This document shows, piece after piece, positions 44,342-57,959 of a stretch of DNA of 64,000 bases. The translations under genes and the position numbers were made by a program. The stretch's first letter is position 1, and every line of letters begins with the position of its first letter. Source of the stretch: the human T2T-CHM13v2.0 reference genome, Homo sapiens; assembly GCF_009914755.1 (NCBI RefSeq), contig NC_060945.1, one strand, 5' to 3'. The notes beneath the pieces were generated by a model. The model ran no database searches, was not told where the DNA came from, and saw only the letters and a list, made by a program, of their open reading frames with translations.

Positions 44342-45238
44342 GAATAGCCCATTTATTTTTTGCAGAGAAGCTAGACAATTCACAGTAACTTATGGCCTAG
44401 ACAATTTTATTTCTTGATCAGCACAACTCTTTATAGATGCCTGTGATCCAAAAATGTGGATTCCTAATCGTCCCCAAAAAGAAGGGATACTCTGCAAGGC
44501 AACCTGGGAGGGAGTTTAGGATTGTTCTGAGGCAGTGAAAGCCATTGAGATTCACATGTAAGAGGGTAGAGAAAGGAAATCCACATGTTTTGATCCCTCC
44601 GTGTGCTGGATATAACTTGGTCTTCATTACATTGCACCACCTTTGGTGTCAGAGAGAACTGGATTTGAATCCCAGTTCCATCACTCATTATGATTTGATG
44701 GTGAATGTGTTTTTAACTCGTCTGAGCCTCAGTTTGCTCATCTATAAAAGATGGGATTGTTATGAGACTTGCATAAGGTAAGTGTTTAAAAATCTGGGAA
44801 TTATCCCTGTAATTTAAAAGATGGGGTTGTGATAAGGCTTCAATAAGGTAAGTGTGTAAAAATCTGGACACAATGTTACTAATTTTGTAGGTTTTCAATA
44901 TATAGAGAAGGAGGATTATTTTCCTCTCATTTAATTTTTAGAACAAGTTTATAAAATTAGTATTGTTCATATTTTTGAGATAATCAAAGGATTAGTAGGT
45001 TTAAATAAATCACCATAGTCACAAAGCAGTTCACAATATATTAACTGGATAATTGCTAGTGAAAAGTAGCAATGATGGTCACATTGAAAATCTTGTGTTA
45101 GGTGGTGGTTTTCTCTTGCATAAGCCTCTTCATTTGTTGATACCATAGATTCTAAGTTTGCTCTATCAAAGTGATCATTAGAAAAATATAAGGTACTTAG
45201 TGTATAAATTTTAGAAAATTTCCTTTTTAGTCCTGTTA
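44342..45238 (+). repeat. Local duplication, copy 1 (contains a MIR fragment)
   Basis: Aligns by eye with 46898-47688 plus 48121-48215, e.g. gaatagcccc-tttattttttgcagagaa and tgcaaggcaacctgggagggagttta. Confidence 0.92.
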
Positions 45239-45534
45239 GTTTGATTGAATATGTGCATTTTGAATTATGAATATAAATATGAATACGTATGACATATGAA
45301 ATATGACTTGACATCACAGAGTAACCTTAGATCGTGGTAATGTTTTATTCTGAAAGCACCTGCAGAAATGTATCTTCTTTCTAGTTTCCAAAAAACTCAG
45401 AGGCCATGGGGGAAGAGGGGACTTTGGCTGTCAGATAGTGCATGAGGTACATTAGGATACAGTAATTCCATCATAATTCATATTCATAATTCACAGTGAG
45501 AAAAACTGAAAGTTGCTACAAACTACCAATAAAT

Positions 45535-46186
45535 GAAAGGTGGGGCGGGGTCGCTGGGGGGCGCGGCTTTGTGACCTACTGCCTGGACTCCCAAGTCACA
45601 AATGGAAGGGCAGCGCTTGGAAGGAACTCAAGGCCTGATTGGTTCTTCCTAAGCAGGACACGATCTGGTTGGCAGGGCAACCGGCCTTCAGTTGGTGGCC
45701 TTCAGTGGGTGCCTTAAGTTGGTGGCATTTGGTTGCCTTTCCTGGAGAGAGGTGGCAGGTGCTCAGCTCTGCAGACGTGGGGGCAAGTGAAGGCCCAAGC
45801 TGCCTCGAGAAGAGCAGAGGTGCCCCATGGGGACCACGATGACAAGTCGCATGTGCACCAAAGCCAGCCCCCGGCAGGGCCAGCGCAGGGGTTCTGCAGG
45901 GCCGTCCTGTGGCTCTGATATCTATGAATGGGCGGCCAGCAAAGGCACAGGCACCAGCAGAAAGGAGCAGAGACGTCCAGAACATGCTGTCCCCCAATGC
46001 CAGCCCCAAGCGAGGCCAGCTTAGGGTGCGGTGGGCAGAGCCATCCTGCAGCTCTGAGATCCACGAGGTGGAGGTGGAAGTAGTGCCAGGCTCCACTGCA
46101 TTGGAGCTCGCACAATTTGAGCCCAATTTGATTCCGGAGCCATGACCTGTAGCACATTGGCGACCAGAAGACGCCCAAAGGTAGGG
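45535..46186 (+). promoter_or_regulatory. GC-rich promoter/first-exon-like element of unknown origin
   Basis: GC box 45542-45550, inverted CCAAT 45638-45642, 3x 13-14-mer gccttcagttggtg 45684-45724, ATG 45827, donor-like AAG|GTAGGG at 46180/46181. Confidence 0.45.
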
Positions 46187-46644
46187 AGGCGACAGACACC
46201 GCTTGGCCTCAGGAGCTCCTCTGGCCGTTGCTGAACCAAGGTTCCCCTAGAGACATCCACAGCCTGGGGCTCCTCCCTTCTTCACCTAGTTCCTTTCCTA
46301 GGCCCAGGCCCCAAGCATGAGGACTGGCTCTGCCTGGGGTCTCCATCCCTTCGTCTTTCCCTGTTGCATCCAGCTGGTTTCTTTTCCCCTCCATACCCAT
46401 ATGCCCAGTTCTGGGCCCTCTTCTTCTTCCTAGAGGCTGGCCAAAAACTAAGTTTTCAAAATACAAAATGGATGCTACAGATTTCGTTGCTGTAGAGGAA
46501 ATGTCTGACAGCTCTTGTATTTAAATTTAAGTAGCTACACTAGGACTCACAGTTTCATATCTTGAGTTCTAGACCAGAGCTCTCTACCCTAAAGCAACGG
46601 CAAGGGGTTAGAGGTACTCTTCTTGATTCTAATAATAAAAAATG

Positions 46645-46770
46645 ATTTTTTTGTAGGGACAAGGTGTCACTGTGTTGCCCAAGCTGATCTCAAACCCCTG
46701 GCCTCAAGTGATTCACCCAACTTGGCCTCCCACACTGCTGGGATGACAGGCAAGAGCAACCACACCTGGT
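46645..46770 (-). mobile_element. Alu monomer (FLAM-like)
   Basis: ttttgtagggacaaggtgtcactgtgttgcccaagctg...caccacacctgg-like end. Confidence 0.75.
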
Positions 46771-46897
46771 CATTGGAGGTGCTCTTGCTTTGTGTGTTTG
46801 GGCTAGTCTTCAGACGCAGCTGTCAGTAAGATGCTCCTGCCGTATAGTTATATGTCTTTCTGCACAGATTCAGTGGATCCTGTGATTTTTTTACATG

Positions 46898-48215
46898 GAA
46901 TAGCCCCTTTATTTTTTGCAGAGAAACTAGACAATTCACGTAACCTATGGCCTAGAAAATTTTATTTCTTTATCAACACAACTCTTTGTAGATGCTTGTG
47001 GTCCAAAAATGCAGATTCCTAATAATCCCCACGAATAAGGGGGCCATTGCAAGGCAACCTGGGAGGGAGTTTAAGATTGCTCTGAGGCAGTGAAAGCTAT
47101 TGAAATTCCCACATGAGGGGGCAGAAAAGGGAATCCACATGTTTTGATCCCTCCATGTTCTGGGTGTAACTTTGTCCTCGTTAAATTGCACCATTTTTGG
47201 CATCAGAGAGAACCGGATTTGAATCCCAGTTCCATCTCTCATTATGATTTGATGGTGAATGTGTTTTTAATTCGTCTGAGCCTCAGTTTGCTGATCTACA
47301 AAAGATGTGATTGTCACGAGGCTTCCATAATGTACATGTGTAAAAATCATGGCAAAATGCTTGTAATTTAAAAGAGAGGGTTGTTAGGAGACTTCTTTCA
47401 GGTAAGTATGTAAGAACCTGGACACAATGCCTATAATTTTGTAAGTGTTCAATATATGGAGAAGGATGATTATTTTTCTTTAATTTAATTTTTAGAGCAA
47501 CTTTATAAAATTGGTGATACTCACATATTTGAGATAATCAAACCAAGGATCAGAAAGACTAAATAAATCACCATAGTCACAAAGCAGTTCACAATACATT
47601 TACTGGATAATTTCTAGTTAAAAGTAGCAATGATGATCACATTGAAAATCTTGTATTATCTGGTGGTTTTCTCTTACATAAGCTTCTTGGAATTTAGTAA
47701 GATAAGTTGCAGCTCAAAAAGCAGATCCGTAGAATATTTTGTTCCAGAGATTATAGTGGGAGCCAAAGTATTGCATGAGTTTCGTTGGGAACAAGGTGTA
47801 GGCTGAGAATCTAAGCAAACTTCAGTTGGTGGTTTTCAGTTGGTGGGCAGTGGCAGAAGGAGGAGGAGCTCCGTCTGTGCTCTCTCTTCCCCCAGTCACA
47901 GCCCTCAGGCTTGTTGCATCCAGGCCCTTCTAAGTTAAACCAGACAGGTTGACAGGTTTATTTAGCATTTAGCAGACAAGTCAGCTCAGGGTAGGTGGGT
48001 GAGGTGGGGTGTGGGCTGCTAGTATAGTGCCACACTTTGACCCAGGGCTGCCTGTACCCATGGGGCTATTCCATATATTTTATATATATATGCTTGTTGG
48101 TTTATTAAAACCATAAAAAACATAGATTCTAAGTTGCTCTATCAACGTGATCATTAGAAAAATGTGATGTACTTAGTGTGTAAATTTTAGAGTATTTCTT
48201 CTGTTAGTCTTGTTA
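46898..48215 (+). repeat. Local duplication, copy 2, with about 430 bp extra at 47689-48120
   Basis: Same blocks in the same order as copy 1; similarity resumes at catagattctaag (48121 vs 45144). Confidence 0.92.
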
Positions 48216-48327
48216 ATACTCAATTCTTTTCTAAAACACCTAGCCCAAATCTCCATAGGTTTTAATCGAATTGTATTATAATTTGGATTTTCTGGTCTGC
48301 CTATCTTCCAAATAATAAAGTTCTTAA

Positions 48328-48810
48328 AATTAATTTTCTATTGCTGCCATAACAAATTACCACAACTTTGTGGCTTAAATCAAAGACTTACAACCCTATA
48401 GTTCTGTAGGGAAGACCTCTGACTGTGGTCTTACTGGGCTTAAGTCAAGCTGTTGTCAGGGCTGTATTGCTTTCTGGAGGCTCTAGAGAGAATCCATTTC
48501 CTTTTCTGACTTTTAGATGCTGTCCCTATTCCTTGGATCATGGGACAATCCCTCCATCTTCAAAGCCAGTAAAGTGGGATGTCTGTGACCATTGTTCTGT
48601 AGTCATATCACCTTCTGACTGTAGCTAGGAAAGATTCTCTGATTTTATAGACACATGCAATTAGATTAGCCCCCAAGATAATCAAGGATAATCCCCCTAA
48701 CTCAAGGGTTAATCACATCTCCAAAGTCCCTTTTGCCCCATGTAAAGTAATATGGTCACAGATTCCAGGGACTAGAACATCTTTATGGTGTCATTATTTT
48801 GGCTGTCACA
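48328..48810 (-). mobile_element. MLT1 (C/D-like) MaLR LTR
   Basis: ttctattgctgccataacaaattaccacaactttgtggctta...tctggaggctctagagagaatcc. Confidence 0.8.
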
Positions 48811-49131
48811 AAGGCAAAGTCTTGGACTTATGCATATCTAGATTTTCTTTGCTTAATTTCAGAGCCTAGAACACATTAGACTCTAAATAAATGTGAATGA
48901 GTGATAAATATTATATTTACAGATTGCTGCCACAATACAATTCTGTCCTCCCACTGGTGGTGGAATCCTATGTACTTTTTACCATCTCCATTTTGCATTC
49001 AGACTAAACATGGCTATGTTATTCCTTTCACCTGAGTGATTTGAAACCATCTCTCTATTTCTATTTGTAGAGATCTTATCTATCAAGCCCTTCTCAAATG
49101 CCACTTCAAAAAACTTTTTTTAATCCCCAAT

Positions 49132-49518
49132 TGTCTTAGTCAATTTATGCTCTTACAACAAAATAACGCAGACTAGGCAATTTACGAAAACCAGACATTT
49201 TTCTGTCATAGTTCTGGAGACTAGGAAGTCCAAGATCAAGGCGTTGGCAGGTCTGATGTCTGGTAAGGGCTGTTCTCTCCATTCAAGATGATGTCTTGAT
49301 GCTGCATCTTCCAGAGACAAGGAACACTGTGTCCTCACATAGTGGAAGGCGGGAGGGCAAGAGGGATGAACTCCTTCCATGGAACCCTTTCATGAGGGCT
49401 CCTAAACCCATTCCTGAGGTAGGAGTCCTGATGGCCTCATCACTTCCTGTAGGCTCCACCTCAACACTATCACATTGTCAACACTGAATCTCGGAGGAGG
49501 CACAGTGAAACCACAGCA
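49132..49518 (-). mobile_element. MSTC/MSTD/MLT1A-like MaLR LTR
   Basis: tgtcttagtc...gttctggagactaggaagtccaagatcaaggcg...gaaaccacagca. Confidence 0.8.
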
Positions 49519-50979
49519 CCAATCAAGTATGATCTTTCTCTCCTCAAAAAACCCCTCATATGTTTAGACCTCCCGTGCACTTTTATACATTTTGTCTCAT
49601 GGTTTCTTCCTGTACAAATAAGGTGCTATAAATGGATAGCTATAGTTTTGGGTTTCATTTCAACAAAACACCCTTCCTAGTTTTTTGAACCCCAAGCGAA
49701 ATATGAGGACAGGCCCCACGTTCCATTACAAAAGCAGAAAGGGAATGCATGATCCTTTTTCCAGTTTCTTGGCCACTCACGTGTGGGCACATATCTAGGC
49801 CCAGCCAACTGATGTCTCTTTATTAGAACTAGGAACCCGATGAAATGATGCAAAAGACCTGAAAGAATCAGAGAAGATTCTGAGAAATTGAGCAGAGATG
49901 CAGGTCCAGGAATGTGGCAGCAAGTGCCTAGGTTCAGCAGAGCCCAGCTACATGGTGACAAGTGTCAAATGACAACATCCTAGTGGTGGCATCCAAGATC
50001 TGCTTCCGTCGAATGAACTTGGCTGTGCTGAGTTTCCCTCAGTTCTTACCTTGCTTCTCCAGCATCTTCGAGGATTTTGTGAACTATTCAATATCCTTTC
50101 ATTGAATTCCTGTTTTGCTTAAGTTGTCTAGAATTTGTTATTTTCAGGGAAAAATATAAACCAGTTATCCCCTCACATTAAAACACACTCCACTTAGGCA
50201 TCTCCTGTGATCTCACTGGAGAAAAGTGTGGACGTTATTTGTAATTTGACTCAGAATGATAGGATTAGTTTGGTACTAGTAACAATAGAGATAAGTAACT
50301 AACTTTTTGTGAAACTTCTTCCTGGGGTGAAACAAAATCTATTGTGGAAACTCTTTTCAATCATCTCTGGAAATTTATTAAGTGACCTAGTATATAACGA
50401 TAATTTACCATGATATTTGATAAAATAGTTTTGTGTGTTCAGAATAATTTCTTTTTTCTTTACCTTTGAAAATAATGCATTGATAGTTAATTTTCTCCTA
50501 AATTGTCTGTTTTTATTTCCATAAAAGGTATTTATTGAATGTCTCCTTACTTTTAATATAACTAGGCATTGTGTGATCAAAGAAAAATAAATATGTTCTT
50601 GTTTCTGGAATTACTAAAGCTTTGAAAATGGACTTATCGATCTCAAACCAATGGGACATATTCCTATGTGGTCTGCTCCCCTGTTAGGGTGTCCAGTGTA
50701 AGCGGTGATTCCTTTTCTGTCTTTTTAAAGATTTTAGAAATGCAGCTTCTGCTGTTGGCCACTAGGTGGAGTACTTCAGAGCAGGGTTTGTGGGAGTACA
50801 AAGCTAACTTCTGCTGCTTTTGCTTGATGCTTCTGCAGTTTCCTTGACTACTGTGGATGATAAGTAACCATTTTCTTCCTCTTCTTTCTTTTTGCCCTAC
50901 TCTTTGGAGTGAACTTGAAACATTTAGGAAGTTCATTGATCAACATATACCATGTTTATGAAAATTCGGCTAAGATAAT

Positions 50980-51400
50980 ATGGTAGGACTCCTTTGGATA
51001 TAAATAATAGAATTCAAACTCAAACTGGTCTAAGCCAAAAAAAAAAATTAATTTGTGGACTCGTATAATGGAAAAATCCAGGGTATAGCTTCAGAATGGC
51101 TGAACGTAGAGACTCAGGGCTTGGCTCCTCTCCTCTTCCTTGCTTTTTTCTTCCCCATTGATTTTATTCTCAGACAAGTTTTCCCTTTGTGCTGCAATGT
51201 GGCCATCATCACTCCTCCAGTTTACATTTCCTTAGTTCCACAGCCTCAGAATAAAGCAAAAAGAGAAACACTTCTAATAGTTTCAATAAGAGACTAGAGA
51301 TTGACTTTGGGTGTGAGGCTTGGATTTCATGTCCATCTCTAGTTTCATCTGTGCCAGGATTAGAAGTGTATTCACTGGCCAGGCCTGTGTCACGAACTCA
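50980..51400 (-). mobile_element. Old MLT1 (J-L-like) LTR
   Basis: taggactcctttggatataaataatagaattcaaactcaaactggtctaagc...cactggccaggcctgtgtcac. Confidence 0.55.
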
Positions 51401-54400
51401 TACAGGGTTTCCACTGTCCACACAGTGCCTTTGCAAGTATTAGAAAATGGCTCCCCTTTCTCCAGTTAGATGCAGCCCTGTATCAGGGCATGTGGCTTGG
51501 GGAAGAGCATGCAGGCTGGATTTCAGCCCCCCTTTCTCCCTTAGCTGGGTTTCTTCCTTGAGTAAACAACATACTTGTTAGTAGCTGTCCTGTGCTTATT
51601 CCTGAAACTGGGGGTGAAATCAGCCCCCACGCCAAAACTGAAGGACAGAAGGTGGCTTTATCTAGGGTCTCAGATAATGGCTAATAACAAAGGGAGGGGA
51701 CAGTGGGTGCTGTGTGGGCAAAAGGAGCAAAAAATAATCCTAACCTGTCTAGACTTCATCTCAGAAGCCATATGCAACCTTCTTCAATGGAAATATTTAA
51801 CACTTCAGGAGTGCCAAGAAGGCTATAAGGAACATATCTCTTAAGGACCTAAGTTAAGGCATTCTAGAATGTATGCTTTATGGATTTACCTTGTAAATAT
51901 ATAACATGGACTAATACACACAGAAAATATATTGCAGAGTAACATAGATGACAGAACTTGAAATACATGACATTCTACCGCAGTCTATCATTATTTTCTA
52001 ACTTATCAAAAGACTCAGAGTATATTTTTTCATATTGATAAATTTCTAACCAGAGCCCTATTTACTCGTGTCTTGAAAAACAGAGTATTTGCAAATATGT
52101 CTGAAGAGGGAAGAGAAAGAAAATGATTCCAAAAAAGCTGATAACATTAAGACAGCTTTTTTTAGAAGATGTACATTTGCAACCACAAATCAAAAACTTA
52201 TAGGAGATACAAAAAATGTGAAGAAAAATAAATGAAACCAAACCACTACAAGAAATAACCAAACTAAGAAGACAGCAAGAGAGGGGAAAAAAAAGAACTG
52301 CAAAACATATGAAAAACAATTAACAAAATTCAAGTTACTCCTTACCTATCAACAAGACTTTAAATGTGAAAGGATTAAACTATCTAATTAAAAGACATAG
52401 AGTGGCACAATGCATAAAAGATACTCATCAGTACATATTTATAAGGGAGTCACTTTAGATATAAAGATACATAGAGGCTCAAAGTGAAGGGATGGGAAAA
52501 GATACTCTATGCCAATGGTAACCAAAAAAGAACAAGGGTATCTATACTTAGATCAGAAAAAGTAAACTTGAAATCAAAAACTGTCACTAGAGACTAAGAA
52601 GGTCATTATATAATGATAAAAGTTCACTTCAATGGGAAGATTATAAATATATATCCACCCAACATTAGAACACCTAAATATATAAAGTTAATATCAACAA
52701 AGCTAAGGGGAGAAATCAGTAACACTAAAATAATAGTAGCCAACTTCTGTACCCCAAATTCAATAATGGATAGAACATCTAGGCAGGAATAAAAAAAAGG
52801 AAACAGCTGACTTGAACAACACAGTAGATTAAACACTGACATATACAAAACTTTCTATCCAACAGCAGCAGAATATACATTCTTCTCAAGTGCACACAGA
52901 ATATTCTCTGAGATAGATCAAATCTTAGGTCACGAGGCATCCTACAAATTTAAGAAGTTTGATATAATGCCAAGTATCTTCTCAGACAACAATGGAATAA
53001 AATTAGAAGTCAATAACAAAGAAAAGAGAAACATTTACAAAAATGCAGAAACTAAACAACACACTCTTCAACTACCATTGGGTAAAAGAAGAAATCAAAA
53101 GGGAATTTTTAAAATATATTGAGACAAACAAAAATGAACATACAACTCAACAAAACTTACAGGATGCAGCAAAAGAAGTGCTAAGAGGGAAATGTTACAG
53201 TGATAAATACCTATATTAAAAAATAAGAAAGATCTCATTCGAAAAACCTAATTTTACAAATAAACAATTAGAAAAAGTAAAACAAACTAAACCCAAAGTT
53301 AACATAATGAAGTAAATAATAAAGATTAGAATATAAATAAAATAACTATAAAATAAAAAACAATAGAAAAATCAACAAAGCTAGAGTTGAATTTTTGGAA
53401 ATACAAACAAAAATAACAAACTCTTAGGTACACAAAGAAAAAAGGAGAAACTCAAGTAAATATAATCAGAAATGAAAATGGACACATTATAACAAATGTA
53501 CAGGAATACAAATGATTATAAAGGACAATTAAGCAATTATATGCCAATAAATTGGATAACTTAAAGAAATAGATAAATTCTTAGAAAGATGCAATCTACC
53601 AAGGTGGGACAAAAAAGAAGTAGAACAGACCAAAAGCAAGCAAAGAGATTTAATCAGTAATCAAAAATTTCCCAACAAAGAAAAACCCAGGTGCAGATGC
53701 TTTCATGGGCAACTTCTACCAAACATTCAAAGAAGAACTAACACCAAAATGTCTTAAACTCTTCAGAAAAAATAGAAGAGAGAATAGTCCCAATCTCATT
53801 TCATGAGGCCGATGTTACCATAACTTAAAAGCTAGACGAAGACAACACAATAAGAAATAATTACAGACCAGTATCCTTAATGAATACAGGTGCAAAAATT
53901 CTCAATAAAATACAAAATAACAAACTGAATTCAAAAGCACATTGAAAAGGTCATACACCATGACCAATTGGAATTTATCTATGGGATACAAGGATGTTTC
54001 AGTGTGTAAAAATTAATAATGTGGTATACCACATTAACAGAATGAAAGACAAAAATAACATTCCAATAGATGCAGAAAACACATTTGACAAAATTCAATA
54101 TACTTTTATGATAAAACTCTCAACAAAATAAGTATACAAGAAACTTACCTCAACACTATAAAGGCTGTATATGAAAAACCTATATCTAATATTATAATCA
54201 ATGGGGAAAGACTGAAAGCTTTTTCTTTAATATCTGGAACAAGACAAGGATGTCTAACCTCATCACTCCTATTCAACATAGTACTGGAAGTCCTAGCCAG
54301 AACAATCAGGCAAGAGAAATAAAAGGGATCAAAATTGAAAGGAAAGATATAGTTACCTCTGTTAACAGAAGACATGATTATTATACATTGAAAACTCTAA

Positions 54401-54430
54401 AGACTCCAAAGAAAATGGTTAGAAATAATA

Positions 54431-54654
54431 CAGTCAGTCTTTCATATCTGCTGGGGATTTGTTTCAGGACCCCCTCAGATAACAAAATCTGTGATGATCA
54501 ACTCCCCCACATAAAATCGTGTACAGTTGGCCCTATGTATCCATGGGTCCACATCTGGGGATTCAAACCACCACAGATGGAAAATATGTACACGTTAGGT
54601 TCATGGTTGATTGAGTTTATGGTTGCAGAACCCATTGATATGAAGGACTGACTA
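54431..54654. mobile_element. MER2-type TcMar-Tigger element nested in L1
   Basis: TA|cagtcagtctttcatatc ... gatatgaaggactgacta|TA terminal inverted repeats. Confidence 0.8.
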
Positions 54655-55942
54655 TATAATAAATTTTCTAAAGTCGTAGGATACACAATTGACCTACAAA
54701 AATCATTGCTATTTCTAAACACTAACAATGAATTGTCTGAAAGGGAAATTTAAAAAACAGTATCAAATAAACTACTTTGGAACTAACTAACCAAAGAAGT
54801 GAAAGACTTAAACACTACAAATTATAAAAGATTGATGACAGAAATTTAAATCAAAGTAAATTGAAAGACAACCCATGGATTGAAAGAGTTAGTACTGTAT
54901 TATTAAAGTGTACATATTACTCAAAGCAATCTACACATTTAATGTAATCCATATCAAAATCCCAATGGTATTTCTCACAGAAATAGAAAAAAAAATCCTA
55001 AAATTCATATAGAATCACAAAAATCCCTGAGTGGCTGAAGCTATTTTGAGGAAGAACAAAGCTGCAGGTATCACACTTCCTGACTTCAAATTACAAAGCT
55101 GTAGAAAGAAAAACACTGTGGTATTGGCATAAAAACAGACACATAAACCAGTGAAACAAAATAGAGAACCTAGGCATAACCCACACATTTGCAGCCATTT
55201 GTCACCCTGGAAGGTGACAAGGAGACACTATAGGCAGAGGATATGCTCTTGACCAAATGGTGTTAGGAAAGCTGGATATCTACATGTAAAAGAATGAAGT
55301 CGGATCCCTAGCTCACGCCTTATGTAAAAATTAACTCAGAATGGATTAAACGTTTTAAATCTAATCACTGAAACCATAAAACTTCTGGAAGAAGACAGGA
55401 GAAAACATTCTTGACATTGGTCTTGGCAATAATTTCTTTAGATATGATGCCAAAAGCACAGGCAACAAAGGCAAAATAGATAAATGAATTACATCGAACT
55501 AAAAAGCTTCTGCACAGCAAAGAAAACAACTAATGAAATGATAAGGCAACCTATGAAATGGGGAAAATGTTTGTAAACCATATCTCTTATAAGGAGTTCA
55601 AAAAATAAGGACACATACACATCAATTCCAAAATTATAAATAACCTAATTTTATTTTAAGGAAAAGGACCTAAATAAATACATCTCAAAAGAAGAAATTC
55701 AAATGGCTAACAGGTATAAGAAAATATGCTCAACATCTCTAAACTTCAGAGTAATGCAAATCAAAACCACAATGAGATATCATGTCACACCTGTTAAAAT
55801 GGCTATTATCAAAAAGAGAAAAGTTAAGTGTTGGTAAGAATGTGGAGAAAAGGAAACCATTATACACTATTGATGGGAATGCAAATTAGTAAAACACAGA
55901 AAACAGTATTGAGGTTCCTCCAAAAAAAATTGAAAATAGCAC

Positions 55943-56230
55943 TGGCCTGGTGTGGTGGCTCACACCTGTAATCCCAGGATTTGAGGAAGCCAAGGCAGTA
56001 GGCCAGGAGCTCCAGACCAGCCTGGGTAACATAGCAAGACCCCATCTCTGAAAAAAAAATTAAAATTAGCCAGACATGGTGTTGTACGCCTGTAGTCCAA
56101 TCTACTCAGGAGGCTGAGGTAGGAGGATCGCTGATGCCCAGGAGTTCAAGGCTGCAGTGAGCTATGATCTTACCACTGGACTTTACCCTGGATGACAGAG
56201 TGAGACCCGGTTTCAAAAATAAAAAAAAAG
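55943..56230 (+). mobile_element. AluJ nested in L1
   Basis: ggcctggtgtggtggctcacacctgtaatccc...gagctatgatcttaccactg. Confidence 0.88.
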
Positions 56231-57084
56231 AGAACTACCACATAATCCAATAATTTCACTTCTGGATATATGTCCAGTGAAATTGACATAATAGTCTTAG
56301 AGAGGTGGCTGTCATCCCCTGTTCATTGCAGCATGACACACAATGACCAAAATATGAAAATAACCTAAATGTCCTTTGACAGAGGAACAGATGAATGGGT
56401 AAAGAAAATGTAGCGTGTATACTTAAAATGAAATATTATACAACCTTGAAAAAGAAGGAAATCCTTCTATTTGTGAAAACATGGATGGAGCTGGAAGATA
56501 TTGCGCCAAGCAAAAATGCAAGACATAGAGACAAATACTTCATGATCTCACACACATGTGGAATCTACAACAGTCAAATTCATAAAAACAGAGAATAGGA
56601 CAGTGGTTGCCAGGGGCTCAGGGAGGGGAAATGGGGTGATGTTAATTAAATTGTGCAATGTTCAAGTTATAATAAATTCTGGAGATATAATGTACAACGT
56701 GGAACAACACTGTATCATATTCTTGTGTTCTGATAAAGGACTAGATCATAAATTAATTACTGTCAACACACAATGGTCAATATGTAGAGATAATATGCTA
56801 ATTTGTTTGATTGTGGTGATCATTTCAAAAAGTATAGAAATATCAAAACATTAAGTTACCTTAGATTTATACAATTTGTATGGGTCATTTTATCATCATA
56901 AAGCTGTAAGAAAGATTTAGTAAATCATGTCTACAACCTGGGAACTTTCTCATGACAGGGAGGGCTGGAGTAGGAAAATGGAATTTTGCAACAAGGATAG
57001 GGTGAGGGACATGGGAAATGATTGATCAAGTATTTAAGAAATGACCTGGGTGGAAGCTACATCAAAGGGTATGAGTTTAGAGCG

Positions 57085-57560
57085 TCAGTCCTCAAACTTT
57101 TTGGTTTCAGGAACACTTTACATTTTTAAAAGTTATTGAGGACCCCAAAGAGGTTTTATTTATTTGGATTATATCTATCTATATTTATCATATTAAACAT
57201 TAAAACTGAGAAATTAAAAAAATAAAATAATATACTTATATGTTTACATAAATCACATTTTTATTGAAAGTTATAATTTTTAAGCAGAAAAGTTGGTGAG
57301 AACATTGACATTGTTTTATATCTTTAGGTATGTCTTTAATGTCTGGTTTAATAGAAGAAAACTTGGTTCTCCTTTCTGCTTCTATGTTTAATTTCTTGTG
57401 ACATCCCATGTCAGGTAGCCTCTGGGAAACTCCAATTATACTTGTGAGAGAATGAAAGTGGAAAAGGTAAACAAAACCTGTGTATTTTTATGAAAAGGCT
57501 TTTGACCTTGCAGAGCCCCTGGAAGGGACTCAGGGACTTCTCAGGGTTCTCTGGCTCATG
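57085..57560. mobile_element. hAT-Charlie-type DNA transposon fragment
   Basis: tcctcaaactttttggtttcaggaacactttacatttttaaaagttattgaggaccccaaagag. Confidence 0.55.
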
Positions 57561-57959
57561 TGTTCACAGAGTAGAGGGTAAGCCCGCAAGAGAAAGCAGT
57601 GATTGGCTGTGGGAGGTCTTGCTGAGAGGTGGTAGAGAAGTTGAAAGTGTAGAAAGCATGGTCGTTGTTTTCATTTCTTTTCCCTTTCCTTTGGCCTCTT
57701 GTTGCTGGGATTTCCTCTTTAGATGATCGTATCATAAATTAGAAACGGCATTAATGAACATTCTTGATACTGCCTAATGAAAGTTTTTGTTTTGTCTTCC
57801 TGAGTCTTGATACATTTCAAGAAGTCTTCTATCTCATTTATTTTTCCCACCCCAATTTGGAATTTAGGAAGAGTCGATGTAGCTATATTTAGATGATTTA
57901 TCTCCCTGAAGACATTTTGGGATCATTTATAAATCTCTATAAACAATGCTCTGATGTCC

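Larger units (their letters stand above)
52050..56910 (+). mobile_element. Old L1M element, degenerate ORF2 plus 3' UTR
   Basis: EN, RT and C-terminal motifs (tctggaacaagacaaggatg, ctattcaacatagtactggaagtcctagccag, atgcaaatcaaaaccacaatgagata) with many stops. Confidence 0.88.

Noticed and set aside
44342-48215. LTR retroelement (two long direct repeats around an internal region)
   Set aside because: No TG...CA termini, primer-binding site, polypurine tract or TSD seen; the repeats contain a MIR fragment, which indicates duplicated genomic DNA.
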